A stretch of DNA of 64,000 nucleotides from Callorhinchus milii (GCF_018977255.1 NW_024704742.1:78928001-78992000), one strand, 5' to 3'; shown: positions 1-12,714, numbered from the stretch's first letter. Program-made: numbers and translations. The notes: a model not told the origin generated them from the letters alone.

Positions 1-949
1 ACACAAACTAGTTCATTTAAAGTCAGAAGTATCCAAGAACTCAGAAGTAATGATTGTGCAGTGTAGTGACTGTTTTGTTTTACAATGTTTTGTAAGCCAA
101 AGAATATGCACTCATATTGATGACTGTTCTTTACAATTACAATACTACTTATCAAATATTATTTAGCTGCTGCACTCTTCAGTTACTGATTCACGGGAAG
201 ACTAGAGGCCAGTGGGATTCTATTGTAGAAGAGGCAAACTTTGAGTGATTTCTCCCTTCCTGCTTTAATTAACTTATTAATATTTTGAAATGAAGGAGAA
301 AGCCAACCTTTAACTGAAATTGGGAGATAGTAGGGAAAACAAGCTTTAACCTCTGCAGCCTCTACTGGTTATGTGTGTGTTTGGCAGCCGGGTGAGGAGA
401 GGTTGGGCTCAGCTGCGATGAATAATAGTCACGGTGAGGGGATGGCGTGGAGGGGAGGAATTGGTGCACAAACAGCTCCTCATGGAAATCGCACCCTAGA
501 GAGGCTGGGGACCAGAAGCGGAGGCATAGGCCAGTAGGGAGAAGAATTACAAAAAAGGACACAAATTATTTAAAAATGGGGATAAAAGGTTTGGTAAATT
601 GAATTGCTGCATTAGCTTATAATGTTGACACCAAAATTTATTATACCAAGATTTTGAAAAGATGTATAGTTTCAATCCCCACTCCCTCCCCTTACTTTCT
701 GATTTCTTCTGATAAAGTATTTCAATAACACCCATATATTTGGCACAGAATGCTAACTCTACAGATTTTTACAGAATCTATTGACAGAATAGATGTTTAT
801 GAAAGTGAGTGAGATCAAAGCAACACTGCAGCCTTGCATGCTAATTTACTGTAACAGCAACCCAGGGTTTGTTTGAGCAAGGTTTCATGTTGGCACAAGC
901 ATATTCTTTTAAAATGACAGTGACAGAGAAGCAGTTTGGTTGCAATTAG

Positions 950-1360
950 TTTTCAGTCTTGAGAGAAGGTATCTCAGAGGGGATCTTATAGAGTGTAAAC
1001 AAAGTTTAAATGCAATTAATAAAGTAACAATACTTTGAGATGCACCAAGACAGTAGATCAAGGGGGCACACTAAATGTTCTGTTCCCAAATTGTCCTTTT
1101 ACAAAAATGGGGGAAAAGGGTTAATTGAATTACTGCATCAGTTTACAATCTTGGCATTGAATCTGATGCAATCAAAGTTTTGAAAAGATGTATGGTTTAA
1201 ATCCCCTCTCTCCCTCTCCCCTTTCCTCATTCCTTCTGATGAAGGATTTCAATAACACCAAATACTTTGTACAGAATGCTAACTACTGTTTTTAATAGAT
1301 AGAATAGGGCAATTTGAGGACAGAAAGCAGGTTTGCTTTTACTCAGAGGGTAATGAGTGC
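950..1360 (+). mobile_element. CR1-type LINE 3' fragment interrupted by an insert at about 1070-1290
   Basis: agaggggatcttatagag (RGDLIE), agatcaagggggcac (RSRGH) and tttactcagagggtaatg (FTQRV) are CR1 ORF2 C-terminal motifs. Confidence 0.6.
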
Positions 1361-1784
1361 TGCTCTTTATTTGCTCTACTCTCAATATCCTTTTTTGCCT
1401 TCTAATTCTAATATAAATGTCCAGTAATTCCTTAGGGAGCCATAAAGGATGAATCTCCCTTCAAATACTTACAACAGTTCCATCACACTTGGCATTTCTA
1501 ACTTTGCCTGTAACTTCAATAGAATCATAAATTAATACCAAAGGAAATGGCTTTGATTCAGATCGCATTTAATCTTATTCAATGCAAAACAGTCTAAACC
1601 CTTCAGAGTGACAAAATTACTCAAAGTATAATTGTAGATTGCTTCATGGTAATCAAAAATAATAGCAAAACATCAACAGATTGAACAGAACTGAAGTATA
1701 TCACTGATTTACTCTAAGATCTCAGTCTTGATTTATTTCTGGTCAACCACACATCGAAATCCATCACTATGCATAAGAGTAACT

Positions 1785-2156
1785 AACAATAATAATCCTT
1801 ACAGTTGATATAGTGCTTTATCATTTCAATGAAATACCTCAAAGCGCTTCACAGAATTCACTATAAAGTGAATTGACAGCATATTTTGTGGATGAAATGC
1901 GGCAATCAATTGTGCACAGCAGTGCCCCACAAACAGTTGTGGATTGAGTGACCAAATTATTATTTTTCTTGAGGGTTAATTACTCCCCGGAAAGCGATTG
2001 GCCAATTGACTAACAAGCGGGATCTATTTACTGTTAGGTAAACAGAGGCGTGTGGAGTAAGTAAACTTGCCTAAGGTTTCGTCCTGCCCAAGAATTGAAC
2101 CCAGGTCCTCTCACTTGTGAGGCAAGTGTGCTGACCACCACTCTACAGAACTCCAC
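1785..2156 (-). mobile_element. SINE type B (tRNA head + extra core + shared 3' half)
   Basis: Contains the core cctctgtttacctaacagtaaatag...cttgttagtcaattggc on the minus strand. Confidence 0.85.
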
Positions 2157-4324
2157 AAATGATGGCACTCACTCATACTGATCCTATGGACGTCTAAATA
2201 TAGTTAAACACTTGTTTCTGAATACAATTCAGTACTGTATTTCTAAATACTCTGTAGTGCTCCCATGTCTTGTGTCCTGCAGAAGTAAGAGGAAGACTGG
2301 CCTTACAATTCCCAAGTTCCAGGCTTTCGAGGTAACAAAATGGTGAGTATCCAAGCCATTGAGACTTTTGCATCTGCAGTGTGCCTCTGAACTTCAGTAA
2401 ACTTGGTGTCAATGTAATGACCATCAGCTACTTTCTGGATCAGGCATTCCATCATTCTTACACAAAACATTTCAAATGGCTGTGCTGTAAAATGATGAGA
2501 CAACTTTAACTTCATTTTTCAATAGGGGTAGAAAGTTTGGCTCTGATCTTAGTAAGTAGCATTCTTGATGTTAAGCCTCATAACTTGTCATTCTTTACCT
2601 TCCTTTCCTTGGTCACATGCATTTCCTCAGCTCTCAGTCAGATCATGCTTTTCACTAAGATGAAGAAAGACTTAACAATTTACGTACACTAAAGTATATT
2701 AAAATATATGTTCAGAGATTCAGATCACAGCAGTATGAATACAACAATAATTTCCATTTATATAGTACTCTTTTATGTGGAGCAGCAACTCAGAGTTCTT
2801 AACAATGGTGTAGTTTGACACCTCGCCAGGGAGAAAGGGGAGGTGACCATAGGTACTGTCAAAGAGGAAAGTCTTCAGATGTAATACTGAACATGGTAAA
2901 GAAGGGCAAAATGGTGGAATTGAGACATGGAGTTCCAGACGGTCAGGGCATAGTGGCTGAAAGCATGACCGCTGACAGTGGAATTGAGGGGTTGAGGGAC
3001 ACCAAGCATGATGTTTTCAGCTCCAAACACTGGGTGGGAATAAGAGTCAGAACCAATATAGATCAGATCTATTTTATGAAGCTATTTCACAGCACAATTA
3101 AACAACAATATCAATTTGTTCTGAAAGCATTATTGATGGTTGATGTTATGAATCCCAGGGCACCCCATTGGCAATCAATTTCTAAAATAACCTATCAAGG
3201 CAAAATGATATGCTTCAGGGTTAAAGGAGTTTTGGATTTGTTTTTGATGCGAAACATTTTATAAATATCACATTGGATTGGTTAGAAATTATCCCATTTT
3301 CACCCCTTCTATATGAAATGATCAAAATGCATGTGGAAAGAAAAATCAAGCAAATTGATTAAGATCTTTATTTAAAAAAAACAAGAATTCGATTTTTTAA
3401 ATAAAATATAAACTTTTCATTTTTGATGAGTGTCCTCCATGTGAGCTTTACTTTGCTTTCCGACATTTTCGTAGGCTTTTATCTGATTAATCTCATTAAT
3501 AAACTGCACTCCTATCTTGTCTTAGAAAATACAAGGGTATAAGGAAAGAGGATTTGGAGGGATGGAGGCTCATGTGCTGTAATGTTCTATACAATCTATG
3601 TCTGCTATACAAATACAATATACATTACATTTCTATAGCACCTTTCACATCAGCATACATTCCAGAATGAATGAAATGCTACGTTAATAGAGTAAATCTA
3701 TGCACAGATGGAATTTCTTCCCCAGTGTTCAAAGTTACAATATAATTATCTTCATCAACAACAATAACATTTGTATAAATTGTATTCATATAGAACCCCA
3801 CATGCAGATAGCATTTCAGAGTGTTGCAAGCATTTGCTGTTTCAGTAGTTAAATTAGTCAGACTTGGTCATTCCCAGTTGAAATGCTGCTGTGATGAACA
3901 CTAATTTGTTACTATTTGGGTCACGTTTCATACCGTTTGCTCTGCTGCATTACTTACTTTCTCTACCAGTAATATTTTATTCTGTAATATTTTTTACAGC
4001 CTTGGTGTTTTGTCTGGTTTGTGCTCTTATTGATTGAGCTCATCAAACTGACACAACATAGACATTCGTAAATGTTCATTTATGAAATGAACAATGTTCA
4101 TCATTATGATTGTTCCACGAAAACGAAGCCACATTTTAAATGAATAATGAGTACTCTGGACATGAATCCGCATGGACACTCTGCATGTATACCTTGAGGT
4201 AAAATTTGCAATGTTTCAGAACTGACTCATTCTTAAAGATGGGCTACAGTACTGAACATTCCACTCTTACTTGAATTCCTCAAAATGGTTTGCGATTAAA
4301 AGCTGTTCCTGCCAATCAAAAAAT

Positions 4325-4790
4325 TGCGGGTTCAAGCTCCACTTTTCGATGGATCTCACATAGTGAGTGTTAGGCTGACACTCCATTGTAGTGCTGGGGA
4401 TGGGGTGGGGGAGGGTTCATTATCAGAGGTGCCACTCTTCAGATCATTTGTTAAACTGAGGTCACTATTTGAAACAGGAGAGTTTCTCTCAGTGTTCTGG
4501 TCAACAATCCCCCAAGTTAAATTGGTTACTCACTCTATGGATATTTGTGGGACATTGCTTTGTGCCAATGGGCTGCTGCATTCATCTAAAAATACAAAGT
4601 CATTGCACTTTGCAGTACAACCCATGAAGCACTTTGATACTTCCCTTCTGGGAAATGAACCCAGGTACTCTCGCTTGCAAGGCGAGTACTGTAACCACTA
4701 AGCTACAGGACTCCACAATTATATTGCAGAAATATCCCTTCTGACGTGAAAGGAGGAATACCAAATGTAAAGATTATTATTATTATGATA
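4325..4790 (+). mobile_element. Old DeuSINE-like SINE (type A) carrying an inverted SINE head at 4643-4716
   Basis: gggttcaagc B box, ggtgccactcttcagat core, gtgggacattgctttgtgc and the tail. Confidence 0.7.
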
Positions 4791-4903
4791 ATCTTCCCTA
4801 CCACCTCACTCTATTTTGGATTCTGGAGGCACCATTTTTACTGCTGCTTCACAAGACATTGTCTGAATTCATAGGATACCGTCTGATGTCCAATCATTTT
4901 CTG

Positions 4904-5282
4904 ATAATAATAATAATAGTCCTTGCATTTGATAGAGCGCCTTATCACGTCTTCTAATTGTCTCAAAGCACTTCCAGAATATAATGTAAAGTGAATTGAC
5001 AGTATGTTTTGTGGGTGAAACACTGCAGCCAATTATGCACAGCAGTGTCCCTCAAACAGTAGATTAAGCGATCACATTTTTAAAAAAATGTATTTATCTA
5101 TTTAGTTTTTGAAGGGAATATTACCCCTGGAAAAGCGATCTGCCAATTGACTAATAACCGGGTTCCTACTTATTGCTAGGTAAACAGAGGCATGTGGAGT
5201 AAGGAAACATGCCAATGTTTCGTCCTGCCGGGAATCAAACCCATGAGGTGAGTTCTCTAACCACTAAGCTACAGTACTCCAC
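4904..5282 (-). mobile_element. SINE type B
   Basis: Same core and tail as other type B copies; small deletion in the head. Confidence 0.85.
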
Positions 5283-7745
5283 AGTTATACTGAGAGATTG
5301 AACTCAGATACAGTGTGTATAATCCTCATCAGGTCCACTTAGTTTCACTTGCATTGATTGCTCAGTCACAGGGAAAATCCCCAGGCTTTTTTGTTGAAGG
5401 CTGCAATGTACGATTGCATGAAAAAGCTTTGCAGAATACCCAATTTCTCAATGTGGACAGATAAGGTCGCGGATTCACACCTCCTTACCAAATTTTCAGA
5501 CTCCTTCACGATGTATCAGATCAGGATGGCACAATTTCTTCTGCATTGAGTTAAATTGGAGGAAAGTTCAACTCCAGTGAACATTGACAAGGGAGCATTT
5601 CAGCCACTAGAAACATTAAAACTCGGAGTTACATTTAATGCACATCCAGTACTCATCAGCAGTCACTATATATTTAGCAAATATCTAATTTTTTTACTCA
5701 ACTGGTAAAATAAACATCTCTCTCACTAACGGCATTTGAATTCTATAGAGATCAAAGAATATGCATGCACAACAGTACAACGCAAAACATTTGCAACCTC
5801 TTCTAGCAGTAATAACATGAGCTATTACGATTAAATACACTATAACTGAGTTCAACCTCCGCAATATGAAGAAATGATTGGATATCGGACAGTATCCTAT
5901 GAATTCAGGCTGTGTCTTGTGAAGCATTCCAGCTTTAATCCTCATGACTTACATCCTATCAAACACAGCAAGAATGGCCTCCAGCCCAGTAATGGTCCTG
6001 TTGTCACCACATGAAGAAAAATGCAGGACCTGAACCATGAAGGTCGAATGATAGATAAACTTTGGGCAGATTTAGTAAATCTATCAAATGGATGTCAGGC
6101 TATAAGAAATGTGAAGCTAGATTTATAATGTATTAGGTATCTATAACCCAATTCCTGAAAGATTGGGTTGACCAGTAATAACAAGGTTAATGAAAAAAGA
6201 AGAGGTGTACTGCCTGTCAGTGGGAAAAATGACAATAGCATAGACATCTTTTATTCAGAGCGGGAGGAGGTTTTGTTTCCAAAGTACACAGAATAATAAA
6301 GCGTTCAGAGAATGATGGCACTGCACAGAGTTGGTTTGCAAACTAATGCTGTATCAACAACAACAATAACTCGCACTTATATAGCGTCGTTTACGCAAGG
6401 GAGCATATCATACAAACAACAACGCTGATGGTTTAAAAATTCAAGAAGAGGAAGAACAAAATGACAACATGGAAAGAAAAATGATCATATTTGTGCGCAG
6501 TCACAAAATTGCTGAAAATAACTTGAAGTCTTGAGGAAAATGCAAGCATCTACCAAATTAACTCTGTTTTCCTATTCTGTTTGGCAGCTTGGTCTTTTCT
6601 CACAATGAGTAATTACCATGTATACAGATTACACAGCAGCAACCAGCTAAAGGTACAGTATAGGTTAATAAATGATGTGTTCATCAAAGTGAACTTTGCT
6701 AACACTGTGGAAAATTGGAACACTTTCAATTCTGGGCACTTATAGTGTCACCATCAAACACTTTAGGGTCAGGCACAGAAGAGTTAAATGTAAAGTAAAA
6801 CTGCCTCTGCTCTGCCCTGATGATGTTTACCATGAACCAGATTGCCCTCTGAAGAAGATTGTTCAGTGCCAAGTTAAGGGAATGTTGTGTTGAGAACCAT
6901 GAGGAATTGGGTTGAGCCCCTGATCCCATCTTCAAACTCGTTTACAGTAGTAAGCCTTCGGCCAACACAGGAAGCAGCTTTTTATTTCAACAGTCCAGGG
7001 TTGAATTATTCAAAAAAAGACCCCAAAATGAGCAAAATTAGCAAGTAGACAATCATAGAAAGTATGGAGTACGCTTGCATTTGATATACTTGTAGTTCAC
7101 CAACCATTGGCATTTTCTGAGAATATTTATAGTAATTTGTGAATTAATGTACATATGTAGAGTTATTCTATTGTTCCAGAACTTGGTCCACTGACAAAGT
7201 ACTTAATTTGTGCTGCATGACATAAAGCACAGAGAGTCTAATAGTTTAAATTATGCCATTTGTCTTTGCTTCAATATGTTTTAAGCTCATGTCAGTGCAC
7301 AGTGCCCCCTGCTTTAAATGAAGGCTGAAAATGATTATACACATTATATAGAACATCCTTGCAACCTTCAAGATTATGAAAGTATTGGTTTAGCTTTACT
7401 GCTGGAAGCACCAATTTCTATCCAAATTCTATCAACTGTGCATCAAAGGGCTAATCTGTCTATCAAACTCCAATTCTAGTGCAGAATGAGAAAATGTTTG
7501 CTAATAGTACAGGATTGCTAAAAGTAAATTAATTATTGATCTCTAATCAGGTTATTTTTGACTTACATCCAGCTACATCGGTCACATTGTGTCATGACTT
7601 GTGCAATTCTTCCTTTAAACATTTATGATGAACCGAATACTTGTTCTTCCAGAGCCTGTTATTTTGTTGAGTGTAACACAGAATATCGTGGTGTTTATAG
7701 GGAGATTGAATAAATGGGTTGATGCAAGAAACAAGAAATATTTGA

Positions 7746-8376
7746 GGAGAGATTCCACCTGGGTTTACAATATTCATGTAATATTTCAGAATCCAGAATT
7801 TGGCAAATTGTTGAATTCAGTCTTTACCAGGGCTGTAGCCACATGTGGGTCTAGATTGGCCATGGCCCACTTAATAAGCAGCCAGAACCACACATTGATC
7901 TCCGCACTGTCTCAGTGACAGGAAGGGAGCCAGAGTGGGAGGTATGAACACAGACTCCAATTCACTGGGGTAAAGGCAATTAAGGTTTATTCAAATCCAT
8001 TTACTGGTAGCAGTTCTGTCCTTCCAGTTGTCAAGTGCAAAGTTCACAAATAGCACTGAAAAGGGTCAGGAAATTCTCTTGTAACATTTTAAAAATTGAA
8101 AATACAGGGCAGTTTTAGACCACTTTAAATGCTAGCTAAGTGATTGTAATGATTTATTTTAAGGTAATTAATTAATCACTTTGCTATTCAAATGCATTTT
8201 GTTTCAATTGCATTGTGCATTTTACTCTACATGAAGTCGTTTTCCTGCAATACTTGAAAATAAATTTAAGAAAGCCATCTTCAAAATTAAGGCTGCAGTT
8301 AAGAATTTGCTAAATTCTGGATGTAAAAAAATATTTAAATAAACGGAGTAAATCCGGACCCAGGTGGAAGTTCCTG
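7746..8376. repeat. MITE-like imperfect inverted repeat pair
   Basis: ttccacctggg...atccagaatttggcaaatt on the left versus aatttgctaaattctggat...cccaggtggaa on the right; related blocks at 30645-30875 and 32333-32430. Confidence 0.55.
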
Positions 8377-8923
8377 CCAATACTTTCTATAAATAGTTAT
8401 CATCTTTCAAAACAAAAATATAAAATTAAGTTTCATGAAGGGGAAGAGATTGCCATCAGTAATTCAATCTGTGGGCAGCAGCAGTCAATTCCTTGGTACT
8501 AAAGTCATTGTTGATTTTGTGTTGGAGTCTGGGCGGAGCAGCAGTGGAGACGAATTGCAATCCTTTGTCAAATACTGAACTCCATCTATCCTGCTTCATT
8601 TCCATAAGCACATTATTCAGGGGGATATTGTTAGTTTATCAAATAAAATACTGTACTTGAGCACAGACTCACACCCAAGAGGCTGCACCGAGGACGAACA
8701 GTAATCCTAGCTAATTTGGACGATTTGTTTGGTCGTTGGAAAAATTGAGTCAGCAGATTACAAACAGAAAATTAATAGGCAGAATTTTCACCTGTTGATA
8801 TGAATGGGGGAGTGAGCAGGGAGGAGTACGAAATTTAAATTTATACCCTACCATACTTTTTGAATGAGTAGAAGATGCAAATAGCTATAACATGAGTGAT
8901 CAATGACAGCTGTTCTCACAAAC

Positions 8924-9253
8924 ATAATAATAATAATAATAATAATCCTTGCATTTGATATAGCGCTTTTCACGTCAGGAGGACGTCCCAAAGCGCTTCA
9001 CAGAACACACTGTAAAGTGAATTGACTGTATATTTGTGGGCGAACGCGGCAGCCAATTGCGCACAGCAATGTCCCACAAACAGTCGTAGATTGAAAATGA
9101 CCAATTTAATTATTGTTTTTGGTTTTTTTGGAGGGATTATTATTAGGCGTGTGGAGTAAGGAAACTTGCCCAAGGTTTCGCCCTGCCTGGAATTGAACTC
9201 AGGTCTCTCACTTGCAAAGCGAGTGCTCTAACCACTGAGCTACAGGACTCCAC
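8924..9253 (-). mobile_element. Young tRNA-derived SINE, type C, full length
   Basis: The head has a Pol III A box (tagctcagtgg) and B box (gttcaattcc); the body is near-identical to other C copies; it ends in a stem-loop tail plus (ATT)n. Confidence 0.92.
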
Positions 9254-9274
9254 TGTAATAGTTAAATAGTAGTG

Positions 9275-9670
9275 GTTGCATTTGATAAAGCACCTTTCAT
9301 ATTGTCTCAAAGCATTTCACAGGATTCACTGTAAAGTGACTATGTATTAGTAATTCAACGTGGCAGTCAATCTCCACACAGCAATGCCCCACAAACAATT
9401 ATGAAGTGAATAACCAGTTGTATCCGGGGGATTGGTCAGATCACAGGGAGAAACTCTCTTCTGCTTTCCAATAGTGCTGTGAGATCATTAAACTCCACCT
9501 GAACAGACAGATGGGACCTCCGTTTAACATCTCATCTGAATGCAGCACACTCCCAGCACTGCCTTGGAGTGTCAGTCTAGAATGAGTGAGTTCAGAATCT
9601 CAATGTGAGGCTTGAATGCTAAATCATCTGATTCAGAGATGAAAGGCCTTACCAACCGAACTACACTGAT
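9275..9670 (-). mobile_element. DeuSINE-like SINE (type A)
   Basis: Reverse strand has gatgagatgttaaacggaggtcccatctgtctgttcaggtgga, resembling the Deu domain of AmnSINE1/SacSINE1. Confidence 0.75.
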
Positions 9671-9852
9671 ATAAATATACATTGAAATCTGAATATTGTC
9701 ACAGAATATTGTTACAGAACATCCGTATGTTTGGGAGGATTTATTTTGATGGTTGCTTTAGAGGAATGTGGCAATATTCTGATTTCAGTGTATGTTTATA
9801 GCATAATCAAGAAATATTCAATCAAGAAAATATATTGTACTAGAAGTCTGTA

Positions 9853-10005
9853 AATCATAGAATCATAGAATTATACAGCACAGAAGGAGATCATTCGGCC
9901 CATTGTGTTTTTGCCGACTCTTTGAAAAGAGCTATTCAATTCAATCCCATTCCCTCACTCTCTCCCCATAGGCCTGCAAACTTGTCCTCCCTAAATAATT
10001 ATCTA
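9853..10005 (-). mobile_element. CR1-type LINE 3' end
   Basis: (catagaat)n terminal repeat plus acagcacagaaggagatcattcggccc; a near-identical copy lies at 55498-55630. Confidence 0.7.
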
Positions 10006-10203
10006 GGCCAAATATTGGCCACACATTGCTCTAAAGTGACAAACATTTCAAGAAACAGTTGCTCTGTTTGTTGCTGAAGAACCTTACTGCCAAACACTAA
10101 TTCTTATAGATCTCAAGAGTTCAGTGTATTCATTACATTCATATTACTGCCACCTCCACAATCATTTCCACTCTCAGTGATACTAAGCACTAAGCTCCCC
10201 TAA

Positions 10204-10261
10204 GGGGGCAGGAAGGGGGAGGGATGGGGGAGGGGCGGGGTTCGGGAGGGAGTGGGGAGGG
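10204..10261 (+). other. G-quadruplex-forming tract
   Basis: Ten runs of 3 or more G with short loops in 58 nt. Confidence 0.7.
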
Positions 10262-10444
10262 AATCAATGAACATACAACTCTGGATTGTTATCCAGTGAC
10301 GCCTTCTGGAGATGGACATGTGTAGCTACATTTTCTATAGAATCTTAGAAAATCATGCTCAGTCTATCTGTGCCTATAAATCTTCAGCAGTCAGATTGCA
10401 CATTCCACAGGATGGATTCTGTGTTAATACTGCTCAATACATGG

Positions 10445-11018
10445 CAGTGTATTTAGTTGGCATATTCAAGACTGTAGCTGAGTGGTTAGAGCACTCGCTT
10501 TGCAAGTGAGAGACCTGAGTTCAATTCCAGGCAGGGCGAAACCTTGGGCAAGTTTCCTTACTCCACACGCCTAATAATAATCCCTCCAAAAAAACAAAAC
10601 AATAATAAATTGATCATTTTCAATGCATGACTGTCTGTGGGACATTGCTGTGCGCAATTGGCTGCCGCGTTCGCCCACAAATATACAGTCAATTCACTTT
10701 ACAGTGTGTTCTGTGAAGCGCTTTGGGACGTCCTCCTGACGTGAAAAGTGCTATATCAAATGCAAGGATTATTATTATTATTATTATTCTGTAAAGCGCT
10801 TTGGGACGTCTAGAAGACGTGAAAGGCGCTGTATCAAATGCAAGGATTATTATTATTAAGACTGAGATTGATAGATTTCTTGTGGATAAAGGTATTAAGA
10901 GATATGGGGATAAGGTGGGTAGGTGGAGTTAGAATAGATCAGCCATGATCTTATTGAATGGCGGGGCAGGCTCAAAGGGCCTACTCCTACTCCTAATTCT
11001 TATGTTATTATGTTCTTA
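10445..11018 (+). mobile_element. CR1 3' end split by a SINE insertion
   Basis: attcaagactg|...|aagactgagattgatagatttc...atggcggggcaggctcaaagggcctactcctactcctaattcttatg, a typical CR1 3' UTR. Confidence 0.7.
10472..10857 (+). mobile_element. Young SINE type C plus a second tandem 3' tail
   Basis: Type C body to about 10788, an extra tail at 10789-10857, all flanked by the duplication aagactg (10468-10474 and 10858-10864). Confidence 0.9.
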
Positions 11019-11039
11019 TTGGTTCATCTTGATCTCCTC

Positions 11040-12700
11040 TGTGTGGAAGTCTCACCTCTCCTTTGTTGTTAAAGCTACTTTAGTTTCCTTTTATCCCTCA
11101 TCAAACACTTTTGGATGAAGAAGGCCCTTCGGCTATTCTGTATTCCACCTTCAACTCCCTTAACCCCCAAAATCCACGACCATCTCCAAACCCACCCCCC
11201 ACCCCCTGGTACAACAGCCATCTCCGCTCCCTAAAATCATAAACCCGATTGCTCGAGCACAGGTGGCAAAAAAACAGCCTCACAATTCACTGCCAGCTGT
11301 GGCTTGAGCACCTTCACATCTACCGCTGATCCCTCTTGCAAGCAAAAACTGAACACGTTGCCAACCAACTTTGCGCACACCTCTCCCTCGACTCCCTACT
11401 CAAACTCCTCCAGTCCTGTTTCTGCCCTGCCCACAGCACAGATACAACACTCGTGAAAGTCACAAACAATGTCCTCTCTATCTGTGACCAGGGCTCCCTC
11501 TGCCTCCTCATCCTCCTTGGACCTCTTTGCAGTGCTCGACACAGTCAATCACGCCTTTCTCCTCCACCACCTCTCCTGCATTCTTTATTGCAGTGGGATC
11601 GCACTTGCTTGGTTCGAATCCTACCTTACAAATCACCAGCACTACATTTCCACAAATAGTTTTTCTTCTTGCCCCTGCCCGCTCACCTGCGGGGTACCCC
11701 AAGGCTCCATCTTTGGCCCCCTTCACTTCTTTCTTGGTGATGTCATCCACAGACCAGGGTTAACTTCCACACATATGCAGGTGACACTTAACTCTATTTT
11801 CTCTCCTCCACCTGCGATCCCCAGTCCTCTGATTTTCTGTCACTTTAACTGACAGACATCAAGGCCTGGATGAGCGCAAATTTCTTGTAGTTAAATGTCA
11901 ACAAGACAGAAGCCATACTCTTTAGCTCCCGTCAATGTTTTCTGTCCTGTGATTCCGACCTCCTCAACCTACCCGATCTGTCCTTAAAGCTCTCTGAACC
12001 CGTGCGCAACTTAGGCGTCAAGTTCAATCCCCAGTTATCCTTCCTCCCCCACATCTGGTCCCTGGCCAGCACCGCTTTCCTCCATCTCTGCCACATTACC
12101 CGTCTCTGACAATACCTCACTCCACAAGCTGCTGAACCCTTGTCCACACCTTTGTCACTTCTTGGCTGGACTACGCTAACGCCCTCCTCACCGGTCTCCC
12201 CTCCTCCACTATTCACAAAATTCAACTCATCCAAAACTCCGTTGCTCGCATTCTCACCCGCACCAAACACCACACCCCAATTACCCCAGTCCTTGCCAAA
12301 CTCCACTGACTCCCTGTCACAGAAAGGATCAACTTCAAAATCCTCACTCTAGTGTTTCAATCTCTCCATGCCTTTGCACACCCCCATCTCTTCAACCTCC
12401 TCCCTCCTCACAGCAGTACCAGCTGCCTCTGCTCTCCTTGCTCCAGCCTCTTCCTTGTACCTTGAATCCTCTGCTCCATCATTAGCAACTGTGCCTTCAG
12501 CCACTAAGCCCTGAAGCTATGGAACTCCCTCACTTAATCCATTCACCTTGCCTCCTCTTTCCCCATTTTCAGGTTGCGCCTGAAGACCTTCCTCTTCGAC
12601 CATACCTATGGTCACCTTGCCCCTCCCTCTGGCTCAATATCGGGCTCTGTTCTGGGATGCCACCTGGGTGGAGAGCACTATATAAATGCAAGTTTTTGTT
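11040..12700 (+). mobile_element. Degenerate L2 LINE (RT domain to 3' tail) with frameshifts and an internal deletion
   Basis: Split frames give HSTDTTLVKVTNN, LDLFAVLDTVNH, CGVPQGSIFGP and WMSANFL*LNVNKTEA; the tail is gggatgccacctgggtggagagcactatataaatgcaag plus a TTG repeat. Confidence 0.9.
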
Positions 12701-12714
12701 GTGGTATTCTGGCC

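Noticed and set aside
2815..3264. 149-aa ORF
   Set aside because: Non-ATG start; the first part overlaps a decayed reverse L2-like 3' fragment and no domain is recognisable.
8970..9173. Recurrent short ORFs ([29 protein letters not shown]) suggesting a peptide family
   Set aside because: They are the same SINE body translated in several copies; there is no sign of coding constraint.
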